Shown here: in pieces, positions 9,412 through 17,414 of the stretch
Numbering within the stretch: position 1 is the stretch's first letter
How the letters are laid out: every line of letters begins with the position of its first letter
Assembly (NCBI GenBank): GCA_025774845.1
Contig: JALGZP010000003.1
Coordinates: 552 to 64,551, forward strand
Direction: 5' to 3'
Source of the DNA: a bacterium
Lineage (GTDB): Bacteria; Arandabacterota; Arandabacteria; Arandabacterales; Arandabacteraceae
DNA: 64,000 bases
Position numbers and translations under genes: made by a program
The notes under the pieces: generated by a model
The model's input: the letters and a program-made list of their open reading frames with translations, nothing else
Told to the model about the DNA's origin: nothing
The model's database searches: none

Positions 9412-10845
9412 TCAGCAGCCGAGGTGGCGCTCGATCTCATAGGGATGTGGATGTCGCTTTGTGTCACGCACTTCAGCCTGCTTGAGCTCGATCCACATGT
9501 CAATCAGGTCCTCGGTGAAAACTCCCGACTCAAGCAAGAACTGATTGTCCTCCCGCAAGGCTTCAAGGGCTTCTTGAAGCGCAAACGGTACGGGGGTTAT
9601 TCCTTTTCCTTCAAGATCGGCAACACCAAAGACATCCAGATCGTAGGGTCCGAATCCTTCCTTCTCGGGGTCGATCCTTCTCTTGATACCGTCCAGGCCT
9701 GCCATCAGCATCGCAGCAACCGACAGATATGGATTGCCGCTGGCGTCAGATGGCCTGAATTCGATTCGAGCCTCATCGGCCACGTTGATGCCCTTCGGGA
9801 TCCGTACAGCGGCACTTCTATTGCCGATCGCAAAGACAAAGCAGGTGGGAGCCTCAAAGCCGGGCACAAGTCTCCTGTAGGAGTTCGTGGTGGGACACGT
9901 CAGGGCAAGCAAGGCCCTCCCGTGCTTGAGCATACCTCCGATGTAGTGCATGGCCACTTTGCTCAGATTCCCGTAGCCACCCTTCTTAAAAAACATGTTC
10001 TTGCCGTTCTTCACAAGATTCTGATGAAAATGCATTCCGTTTCCGGGCTGGCCGTAAAGGGGCTTGGGAAGGAACGTGGCGACCGTACCGTGGACAGCAG
10101 CCAATGTCTTTACCAGGTGCTTACCCACCATGATCTGGTCCGCAGCACGCTTCAGGGCTGCCGGGCGCACCTCTATCTCACATTGTCCGGCGGAGCCGAC
10201 CTCGTGATGGGAATACTTGACCGGTATCCCCGCCTTTTCCATTTCGGCCACCATCAGTGTACGCAGTGCCAGATACCGGTCCGTCGGCGGGAGTGCGTGA
10301 TAACCCCCCTTCCGGCCTATCCAGGGATACACCTTGGCATCGTCCTCCGGCTCTATCCCCGCTTCCTCGGATCTCACCGAGTAGCCGGTGACCTCCGGAA
10401 GACCCATGACCATGACCTCATCGAACAGATTGAACTCAAGTTCCGGCATGAAGAAAGCCTGATCGGCAATCCGGGTCTTTGCGAGATAGTGCTCGGCCCT
10501 GTCGGCGACAAGCCTGGGATCGCGGGCAAATGGTTTCTTTGTATCCGCCTCAACACAGTTGCATATGAAACTCACAGACCTGGTATCATCCGACTCCTCG
10601 ATGAACGAAGCCGCGGCATCAGGAATCAGACGCAGATCCCCGCTTTCAAGTCTTGTGAATCCGGGAATGCTCGAACCGTCGAAGGCGACACCGCGCTGGA
10701 AGGTATGCGATCCGAAGTTGGATACAGGCAGGGTCACCTGGTGCCAACGCCCAATGAGATCCACGAACTTGAGATTGACGTACTCCGCACGGGATTTCCC
10801 GACAAAGCCGACTGCCTTCTTGATACTATCCGCTCTCTGTGCCAC
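9412..10845 (-). CDS. glnA: Glutamine synthetase, type I
   Basis: 477 aa. N-terminal beta-grasp region (VNLKFVDLIGRWHQVTLPV) and catalytic-domain motifs (FMPELEFNLF, KPLYGQPGNGMHFHQNL, NSYRRLVPGFEAP, NRSAAVRIP). Confidence 0.95.
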   Translation of the reverse strand: MAQRADSIKKAVGFVGKSRAEYVNLKFVDLIGRWHQVTLPVSNFGSHTFQRGVAFDGSSIPGFTRLESGDLRLIPDAAASFIEESDDTRSVSFICNCVEADTKKPFARDPRLVADRAEHYLAKTRIADQAFFMPELEFNLFDEVMVMGLPEVTGYSVRSEEAGIEPEDDAKVYPWIGRKGGYHALPPTDRYLALRTLMVAEMEKAGIPVKYSHHEVGSAGQCEIEVRPAALKRAADQIMVGKHLVKTLAAVHGTVATFLPKPLYGQPGNGMHFHQNLVKNGKNMFFKKGGYGNLSKVAMHYIGGMLKHGRALLALTCPTTNSYRRLVPGFEAPTCFVFAIGNRSAAVRIPKGINVADEARIEFRPSDASGNPYLSVAAMLMAGLDGIKRRIDPEKEGFGPYDLDVFGVADLEGKGITPVPFALQEALEALREDNQFLLESGVFTEDLIDMWIELKQAEVRDTKRHPHPYEIERHLGC

Positions 10846-10874
10846 TGCGGTCCCTCCGTGTCACCTTCGAACCA

Positions 10875-12074
10875 TCAGAGCCCGAGCGCTGTCACAACGC
10901 CATCATGGATCTCGGTGTTGTCCCGGACCCCTGAAAACTCGCCGGCACCCGGCCCACTTGCGAAAACGGGCACCATCGTCCCCGTATGATCGCCCGAGAC
11001 CCATCCCACAAACTTGCAGTCCTGCCCTGCAAGGGCTTCGAGATCTTCATAAGATGGGTACCCGGATTCTGTCGCGGTAATCGCCGGTCCCCCTGTGTCA
11101 TGGTCGGCAGTCACCACGATCGTCAATGTCGAGTCCTGCTTCTGGTATTCCATAGCATGTCCGATCGCAGCATCGAAGGCGAAGAAATCACCGATTGCAT
11201 CACTGATGTCATTCCCGTGTTCCGCGTGGTCTATACGTCCACCTTCGACGACGAGTAAGAAACCATCGGGATCGGCTGCGAGGATCTCGAGCGCCTTACC
11301 GATCATGTCCACAAGCGATGGGACCTCGTCTTCACGTCGGGCCTGCTCGTAAGGCATGTGGTCGGCGGCAAAGAGACCAAGCAGTTTATCACCGCTCGAG
11401 CGTCTGAGATCTTTACTATCGAAGGCGATATCGAAGCCGCGTTGTCTCGCCTCGGCCGTAAGGTCCCTGCCGTCTCTCCGCCTCCCGCGCTCCGGTGGCA
11501 GGAAGTACTTGTATCCCCCCCCGAGGATCACGGTAGCCTCGCTTTCCGCTATCTGCTCCGCGATTTCGTACTGCATATCCCTCGAGGGTGCGTGAGCCAG
11601 GAAACATGCGGGGGTAGCATGAGTTACGGCCGTTGTGGATACAACGCCTACGGCTTTGCCATGCCGGACAGCAAGCTCGAAAATGTTCTGAAACTCCCTT
11701 CCACCCGGTGACATCCCAACAACACCGTTGTTGGTCTTCTCTCCCGTGGCCAGGGCCGTACCGGATGCCGCTGAATCCGTTACCAGCCGGTTTGCCGCAT
11801 GTGTGGTCTGATACCCGGCTGTTCCGGTGTTGGCCAGATTCACCATGTTGAGATCGGCCCCGAGTGAGCGTTCCGAATAGATCTTCGCAATGCTCACGAT
11901 CTGCGGGCCCATGCCGTCACCGATGAAGAGAATAACGCTCCCCGCGGACGTCCCCACGGGAGAGACGGGTGCGGCCGGCTCAAGGTCGGCCCGGTACTCA
12001 CCAAGTCTCGAAGGAGCACATGCGAGACAGGCAATACTGAGAATCAGGAAAAGTACGCATAGTTGTCTTTTCAT
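10875..12074 (-). CDS. Alkaline phosphatase (PhoA family), probable lipoprotein
   Basis: DGMG metal motif and nucleophile motif VTDSAASGTALATG, plus C-terminal ADHDTGG and SGDHTG. I prefer the start at ATG 12074 (MKRQLCVLFLILSIACLAC lipobox-like signal) preceded by SD GGAGGTG. The track ORF extends to 12134. Confidence 0.9.
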   Translation of the reverse strand: MKRQLCVLFLILSIACLACAPSRLGEYRADLEPAAPVSPVGTSAGSVILFIGDGMGPQIVSIAKIYSERSLGADLNMVNLANTGTAGYQTTHAANRLVTDSAASGTALATGEKTNNGVVGMSPGGREFQNIFELAVRHGKAVGVVSTTAVTHATPACFLAHAPSRDMQYEIAEQIAESEATVILGGGYKYFLPPERGRRRDGRDLTAEARQRGFDIAFDSKDLRRSSGDKLLGLFAADHMPYEQARREDEVPSLVDMIGKALEILAADPDGFLLVVEGGRIDHAEHGNDISDAIGDFFAFDAAIGHAMEYQKQDSTLTIVVTADHDTGGPAITATESGYPSYEDLEALAGQDCKFVGWVSGDHTGTMVPVFASGPGAGEFSGVRDNTEIHDGVVTALGL

Positions 12075-12150
12075 CACCGCCACCTCCAAGTCATATAAAC
12101 ATACACAAATCGAGGCAGGAGATAAAGGAAACACCGGCGTTTTTCTATAC

Positions 12151-12286
12151 GGGGTCAGAGCTCGAAAATTGCAGGAGCCGCCAGGAGATTAGAGTCTGAT
12201 CCCTCAGACCCGGGATCATGCAATTTTCGAGCTCTGACCCCAGGGGATTTGCGCAATTTTCGAGCTCTGACCCCAGGGGATTTGCG
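12151..12286. repeat. Composite repeat: 23-bp perfect inverted repeat plus a 33-bp tandem direct repeat (2 copies)
   Basis: Left arm GGGGTCAGAGCTCGAAAATTGCA (12151-12173) is the exact reverse complement of 12219-12241. The unit CAATTTTCGAGCTCTGACCCCAGGGGATTTGCG occurs at 12221-12253 and again, identical, at 12254-12286, abutting the stop codon of the endopeptidase gene at 12287. The loop holds an inner small hairpin GTCTGA-TCCC-TCAGAC. Confidence 0.9.
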
Positions 12287-12763
12287 TTAGGGGGTCTTGA
12301 CGATGGTGTTGATGGTGGCGGCGACCTCGCGGCCCGCCGCTTCTACCGTTTTGCTCAGGCCCTCTCCGACCTCCATCCCGGCGGGCTGGATTGCCAGAAA
12401 AAAGGTCTGAGCCCCCGTCTCATGCTCTATGAAGTCGGTGAAAAGTGTGAGGATCGCGTCATGGGTCGACGCACCGCCGTCCATGATCTCGCTTTTCTTG
12501 ACAAGCCGTATCTCACCCGGGTCGCCACCGAATTCCGCGGCGTCGATCACCACGACCTTCTCCGGCTTAAAACCCGCAATCACGCCGAGGTAGTTCTCGG
12601 GAGTCTCACCGCAGTTTACAACGTGCACCGATTCCGAGCCCTCGATCAGCGTCGAAATAAAAGGCCCGACCCCGTCATCCCCGCGCAGTTCATTCCCCAC
12701 GCATGCGATCACGACGGTGCCGGCAAGCATATTCTCAAGGATACTCTTATCCATCGGTATCAT
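12287..12763 (-). CDS. hycI: [NiFe]-hydrogenase maturation endopeptidase (HycI/HybD family)
   Basis: Signature ACVGNELRGDDGVG, second ligand region VVVIDAAEFG, third ligand GASTHDA. Last gene of the hydrogenase operon. The start is uncertain: the track ORF begins at 12817 and overlaps the upstream gene, and internal ATGs lie at 12763, 12754 and 12730. Confidence 0.85.
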   Translation of the reverse strand: MIPMDKSILENMLAGTVVIACVGNELRGDDGVGPFISTLIEGSESVHVVNCGETPENYLGVIAGFKPEKVVVIDAAEFGGDPGEIRLVKKSEIMDGGASTHDAILTLFTDFIEHETGAQTFFLAIQPAGMEVGEGLSKTVEAAGREVAATINTIVKTP

Positions 12764-12777
12764 GTCCGTTGGAGGGC

Positions 12778-13386
12778 CTAAGCTTTGAGTTGAACCTCGC
12801 GCCTGCACTTCGAGCAAAGCATCCGTACGACATCCTGCCTCCCGGTCTCGAGGTCCTTGTCACGGGCAGGAACATCGTCGAGTACTTTCGCGTCCTTGAG
12901 GGCAGATAGGAAAAGCGTGGGATTGGAGTATGCCAGCGGTCCGAGTCGCTTCGATACCCACTTTATATGGTCCGCTGTCGATATTATGGCACCGCAGGCT
13001 TCGCACAACACAAGATCCTTCTCAATGCTTGTGTTGGCCTGGCTTCTATCAAAATAGATTAGATCGAACTCGGGAGTCAGCTTCACACCCTTCTCGGTAA
13101 TGCAGTTGGCCTCACACTGGCCGCACTGGATGCACTTATCATAGAAGAGCGTTATTGTACGCTTCTTGTTCTCAGCATCATCCGAGACAGTTATGTCATT
13201 CGCCGGACAGACAAGCGAGCACCCACCACAACCCACACACTCCTCTTCATCGTACTTGGCCTTTCCCCTGAACCTCTTCTGAGGTTCAAGTGGCTCCTTC
13301 GGAAACGGATGTGTGTAGGGACCCGTGAAAAGCGCCGTAAACGCTTCTTTCAAAAGCCTATATTGAAGTATGCCTGGTAACTTCAT
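12778..13386 (-). CDS. 2x[4Fe-4S] NuoI/MbhN/HycF-like hydrogenase subunit with a Cys-containing C-terminal extension
   Basis: 202 aa. CVGCGGCSLVCP and CIQCGQCEANC cluster motifs, with an extra C-terminal CEACG...CSKCR pair. Confidence 0.85.
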   Translation of the reverse strand: MKLPGILQYRLLKEAFTALFTGPYTHPFPKEPLEPQKRFRGKAKYDEEECVGCGGCSLVCPANDITVSDDAENKKRTITLFYDKCIQCGQCEANCITEKGVKLTPEFDLIYFDRSQANTSIEKDLVLCEACGAIISTADHIKWVSKRLGPLAYSNPTLFLSALKDAKVLDDVPARDKDLETGRQDVVRMLCSKCRREVQLKA

Positions 13387-13745
13387 CTCGCCTCCCCACG
13401 CTGTGCTTTAATCTCCTCCGCCCGTTCCTTGAACTTATTGGTTACGCTCTTGTCCCAGAGGTTCACACCCGAAAGGAACGATCCCCGCGCAAGCGCATGC
13501 GCCCCGGTCGGTGATGTCAGCACGATGAAGACCGCGCAAAGTATCGCCTTTATAGCGATCGCAGGCGTCGCTGTCACGATGGCGGTGCCGATAAGGATGA
13601 ATATCGTTCCCAGGGTGACGCACTTGGTAGCCGCTTGAAGCCTGTTGTAAACATCGGGGAATCTGACAAGACCCATGCAGCCAAAGAAATCGAAGATCGC
13701 ACCAATCGTAATGAAGATATAGCCTATTATCGCGTTGCTACTCAT
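13383..13745 (-). CDS. mrpG: Mrp/Mnh antiporter subunit G (MbhC-like)
   Basis: Three TMs and the motif GLVRFPDVYNRLQAATK. I prefer ATG 13745 preceded by SD GGAGGAG, which overlaps the mrpF stop by 8 nt. The track ORF starts at 13781. Confidence 0.85.
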   Translation of the reverse strand: MSSNAIIGYIFITIGAIFDFFGCMGLVRFPDVYNRLQAATKCVTLGTIFILIGTAIVTATPAIAIKAILCAVFIVLTSPTGAHALARGSFLSGVNLWDKSVTNKFKERAEEIKAQRGEAR

Positions 13746-14001
13746 CGAATCTCCTCCCCTCAAGATGCTTTGAGAGGGCAAGGGTACCTATGAAACTGAC
13801 CAGTGCCCATGCTATGGCAAGGTTCATGTAGAAATCTTTGCGCAAGACAATCGCTGAAAGACAGACAAAGCCCACCACCACGGTCCCGAGAATATCGATA
13901 GCAACGGTCCTGTCCGAAGCCGTCGGGCCGTGGCCTATCCTGTATAAGCACATGAAGCAGGCAGCCGCCAGAAGGCTTGCTATGAAGTACATGAACATCA
14001 T
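13738..14001 (-). CDS. mrpF: Mrp/Mnh antiporter subunit F (MbhB-like)
   Basis: 87 aa with three TMs. GPTASDRTVAIDILG is typical of MnhF. Its position between the E and G subunits supports the call. Confidence 0.8.
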   Translation of the reverse strand: MMFMYFIASLLAAACFMCLYRIGHGPTASDRTVAIDILGTVVVGFVCLSAIVLRKDFYMNLAIAWALVSFIGTLALSKHLEGRRFDE

Positions 14002-14507
14002 TCGAATATCCTCCTCAGGACACCCTCAAACTTTGAGACTATGTGACGCGTTGCCTCTTCAATGTCTTCGCTCTTGACGTTGATCCAGTGGATGTAGAGG
14101 TATCCATCGTCGGTTATGTCAACGGTCATAGTCCCGGGGGTGAGCGTGATCGAATTCGCAAGCATCGCCCGCCCCGCAGGATTCGTCAGTGTCGTCTTGA
14201 CCTTGACGATACCCGGCCGGATGGGCATATCCGGATGGATGACCCTGTAGAGAACGTCCAGGTTGGCGAGTATCACATACCAGGAAAACATCGGAACATA
14301 CACGATCAGCCAGAACACACGCTTGAAGACGTTTCCCGCGCCGAGCTTTCTCGGGATCCTGTCTCCAAGGAAGAGACCTACGAAGATGGCTACAATGATG
14401 CCTGCCACTGTGCTCTGAACATCCAGATCCCCGGTCAGGGGATCAAAAGGCCACACCAGCAGGAACCACACTATGAATGAGAATACCGTCAGGGTTATCT
14501 TTCTCAA
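13998..14507 (-). CDS. mrpE: Mrp/Mnh antiporter subunit E (MbhA-like)
   Basis: 169 aa. N-terminal TMs followed by LANSITLTPGTMTVD, which is typical of MnhE. 4-nt overlap with mrpF. Confidence 0.8.
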   Translation of the reverse strand: MRKITLTVFSFIVWFLLVWPFDPLTGDLDVQSTVAGIIVAIFVGLFLGDRIPRKLGAGNVFKRVFWLIVYVPMFSWYVILANLDVLYRVIHPDMPIRPGIVKVKTTLTNPAGRAMLANSITLTPGTMTVDITDDGYLYIHWINVKSEDIEEATRHIVSKFEGVLRRIFE

Positions 14508-14519
14508 GCCATCTCCCCC

Positions 14520-16001
14520 TTACATCCCTAAAACGCTCGATGCGTAGTTGAGTCCCTCCTGCAACACCTTTGCGGCCGGTATCAGGAGAGTATCCTTTGC
14601 CTGGGGCACCCAGAGGAAACCCATCACAACGCACAGCACCGCAAGACACACCATCGATACCTGCATGGAAGCGGGCGCCTCTTTGGCATCGGCATAGGCC
14701 TCCTTCGGCTCTCCGAAGAACGCCTTCCGCTGCAGCCTCATGAATGCTGCAAGTGTGAGCACGCTGACACCCGCTGCCCACGCGGCGAATCCGTACCTCT
14801 CGGCCTGTACGGCAGCCATGATTATCAGAAGCTTGCTCCAGAAACCGCTGAATGGCGGTATACCGGCAATCGACATGGACCCGATGAGAGACGTGGTGCT
14901 GGTAACCGGCATCTTATCCCTCAGGCCCCCCATCTTATTGAGATCCCTGGTACCGGTCGAATACTCGATCGCACCGGAATTGAGGAACAGAAGTGACTTG
15001 AAGACCGCATGGTTTATCAGGTGGAAGAGTCCTGCCGCTATTGCAAAGCGTGTTCCAATGCCTATGGCAAGTACTACATATCCGACCTGGCTTATGCTGG
15101 AATAGGCAAGGAAGCGTTTGATGTCGTCCTGCCCCATCGCAAGAAGCACACCGACCACCATCGACAGCGTTCCCAGCACAAGAAGTATGTATGACGTAAG
15201 CGGTGTAAGGCCAATCACGTTGAACATCACTCGGGCCAACGCATATATACCGATGGTCTTTATCAGCACTCCCGAGAGCATCGCCGATATCGGGGCCGGT
15301 GCGGACGGGTGTGCATCAGGCAGCCAGGCATGGAAGGGAACGAGTGCGGCCTTGAGCCCGAAGCCCGAGATAAAGAGCGCCACGGCAAAAAGATGTATGG
15401 CCTTGAGATCGCCCCCTATGACATTGGCAATCTGGGCCATATTGAGGCTTCCGGTCATCGCGTATACTATACCGATTCCGAAGAGAATGGCAGTCGAGCC
15501 TACACTCCCGAGGATCAGGTACTTAAACGATGCCTCGAGCTCTTCATGCTGGCAGCCGAAGGCGACCAGTGCGTATGACGCTATGGAAGCTATTTCGAGA
15601 AAGACATAGAGGTTAAAGAGATCACCCGTCAAAGCGACACCGTTCATCCCCGCTACCATCAGCAGGAAGAGACTGTAGAAACGGGCTTTCGCTGTGAACT
15701 TGTCCATGTACTGGATGGAATACACGGTCACCAGGAAGGAGATCAGGGTGATCGTTATAAGCATGAAGACCGAAACCGGATCCAGTACAAGATTGATCCC
15801 CAGCGGCACACCCAGCCGTGGTACCCATCCACCCATCCAGTAGACTCCGGACTTCCCTATGACAGACAGCGCCATCAAGAGCAAGGCTAAGGTCGTTATG
15901 TTCGCAAGCGTATCAGAAAGCCGCGGATTCTTCCTGCCTATCATCGGAATGAAGAATGCCGCACCTAGCGGAATCGCAACAAACAGCGGAATGATCTGCA
16001 T
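14520..16001 (-). CDS. mrpD: Mrp subunit D / NuoN-NuoM-like proton-conducting antiporter subunit
   Basis: 493 aa polytopic protein. Proton_antipo_M-type motifs: HAWLPDAHPSAPAPISAMLSGVLIK and SSISQVGYVVLAIG. Confidence 0.9.
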   Translation of the reverse strand: MQIIPLFVAIPLGAAFFIPMIGRKNPRLSDTLANITTLALLLMALSVIGKSGVYWMGGWVPRLGVPLGINLVLDPVSVFMLITITLISFLVTVYSIQYMDKFTAKARFYSLFLLMVAGMNGVALTGDLFNLYVFLEIASIASYALVAFGCQHEELEASFKYLILGSVGSTAILFGIGIVYAMTGSLNMAQIANVIGGDLKAIHLFAVALFISGFGLKAALVPFHAWLPDAHPSAPAPISAMLSGVLIKTIGIYALARVMFNVIGLTPLTSYILLVLGTLSMVVGVLLAMGQDDIKRFLAYSSISQVGYVVLAIGIGTRFAIAAGLFHLINHAVFKSLLFLNSGAIEYSTGTRDLNKMGGLRDKMPVTSTTSLIGSMSIAGIPPFSGFWSKLLIIMAAVQAERYGFAAWAAGVSVLTLAAFMRLQRKAFFGEPKEAYADAKEAPASMQVSMVCLAVLCVVMGFLWVPQAKDTLLIPAAKVLQEGLNYASSVLGM

Positions 16002-16013
16002 TACTTTTCGCCC

Positions 16014-16361
16014 CTAACCTTTGAGCTTCCTCATTTCCTTTATGTCGTAAGTACCGTATCTCTCGTAGAGTCTCATCGCAATGGCTATGGTCATGGCGGT
16101 GACCCCGAGACCGATTACAATCGCTGTAAGCACCAGCGCCTGAGGCACCGGATCGACGGCCCTGGCGGCGAAGGTTCCAGCCTCCATCCCCTTGGTCATG
16201 ATGGGAGCAATCCCGTCCTTGCGATATCCGATCATCACCAGGAACAGGTTGACCGCACTTTCCATGATGATGAGACTGATTATGATCTTGATGAGATTTC
16301 TCTTCACCATCACTCCGTAGAGCCCGATCATGAAGAGCATAAGGCAGAGTGCGTAATGCAT
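16014..16361 (-). CDS. mrpC: Mrp subunit C / NuoK-like (MbhG-like)
   Basis: 115 aa with three TMs and a NuoK-like pattern (IIMESAVNLFLV...ALVLTAIVIGLGVTA). Confidence 0.85.
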   Translation of the reverse strand: MHYALCLMLFMIGLYGVMVKRNLIKIIISLIIMESAVNLFLVMIGYRKDGIAPIMTKGMEAGTFAARAVDPVPQALVLTAIVIGLGVTAMTIAIAMRLYERYGTYDIKEMRKLKG

Positions 16362-16373
16362 CTCAATCTCCTT

Positions 16374-16853
16374 CTAAGGCTTCTCCCCCGGTTCCCTGTA
16401 TAGGACCTTCGTCATCACCAGAAGGATGAACACAAGGAACAGCGAGCTGCCGACCTTAAGGGCTATCGCGATATTACTAAGCAAAATCGTCCCGGCGCTC
16501 ATTAGTGAATACGGCTCACCCGGATTCGACTTGGCTATGAAGTTTGTGAAAAACGTCCCACCCAGACCACCTGCGATCCCCAGGAGTGCAATCACCAGGA
16601 ACATCAGCGCCCCAACACTATCCAGCTCCGAGGCGATGCCGATACGAAATCTCTTGAGCGCCTCATCCTTGCCGAAGGCAAGTGTGATAAGCACAAAAGT
16701 CATGGCTATTATCACACCACCAGCGAAACCGCCGCCGGGAGTCAGGTGTCCGTAGAGGACTATGTAAATGCCAAAGACAAGAATGAATCCCTTAACCCAT
16801 CCTGTTATGGTCTTGACTATAGGAGTCATCCCGTTAGACATCATTCCTCCCAT
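16374..16853 (-). CDS. mrpB: Mrp subunit B domain protein (MnhB/MbhF-like)
   Basis: 159 aa with the MnhB signature HLTPGGGFAGGVIIA. Confidence 0.8.
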   Translation of the reverse strand: MGGMMSNGMTPIVKTITGWVKGFILVFGIYIVLYGHLTPGGGFAGGVIIAMTFVLITLAFGKDEALKRFRIGIASELDSVGALMFLVIALLGIAGGLGGTFFTNFIAKSNPGEPYSLMSAGTILLSNIAIALKVGSSLFLVFILLVMTKVLYREPGEKP

Positions 16854-17410
16854 TCTCCGACTTCCGGCTCGGAGGGCTTCTTCCGTGCCTTCCGGCGTAT
16901 AACCGCTATGGCGCCGATTATCGATGTGAAGAGCACTGTTGCTTCTCCGAGTGTGTCATAGGCCCTGTAGTCCAGAAGTACCGCGGTTACAATATTGGCG
17001 GCCCCCGTCTCCTTAAGCCCGTTGGCGATGTAAAGCCTTGAGGGCGCATCCATCATCCTTGTGATCACGGGCTCGCCGAACGTGGGCAGGTCGTTAAATG
17101 CCCTTATCGCAGCGAGGAAAATCACAAACAACATTGCCATGGTAACCATCATCCCGAAGAAGTCGCGGTTGCCTACAAACGTCTTGAGACCTACCCTGAG
17201 CGTGGCCCGGATCAGTATCACAAGTACAAGCACCTCGACGACAATGGGCACTATCGCCACATCAGGCGCACGCATGTAGAAGAACGCAATAATCACTCCG
17301 AATCCGACTGCGGTCACGGATATGATCGCGGCCAGAATGTCTCGGGTTTCAATGGCAACTATTGCAGCGATTATCATGAATAGCAGCAATAGACCCATCA
17401 TCTCAAGCAT
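16841..17410 (-). CDS. MbhD/MbhE-like subunit (DUF4040 plus MnhB-N region, equivalent to the C-terminal part of MrpA)
   Basis: 189 aa. N-terminal DUF4040-like TMs (MRAPDVAIVPIVVEVLV), then ANIVTAVLLDYRAYDTLGEATVLF, which is typical of MbhE/MrpA-C. Confidence 0.75.
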   Translation of the reverse strand: MLEMMGLLLLFMIIAAIVAIETRDILAAIISVTAVGFGVIIAFFYMRAPDVAIVPIVVEVLVLVILIRATLRVGLKTFVGNRDFFGMMVTMAMLFVIFLAAIRAFNDLPTFGEPVITRMMDAPSRLYIANGLKETGAANIVTAVLLDYRAYDTLGEATVLFTSIIGAIAVIRRKARKKPSEPEVGEWEE

Positions 17411-17414
17411 GTTT

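Noticed and set aside
9424-10989. 521-aa plus-strand ORF
   Set aside because: It is antisense to glutamine synthetase, whose minus-strand translation carries unmistakable GS motifs. The translation has shadow-ORF composition.
12221-12286. Possible CRISPR array (identical 33-bp direct repeats)
   Set aside because: There are only two copies, they are directly adjacent with no spacer, and no cas genes are nearby. The unit also takes part in a long inverted repeat, so this is a tandem/inverted repeat element and not CRISPR.
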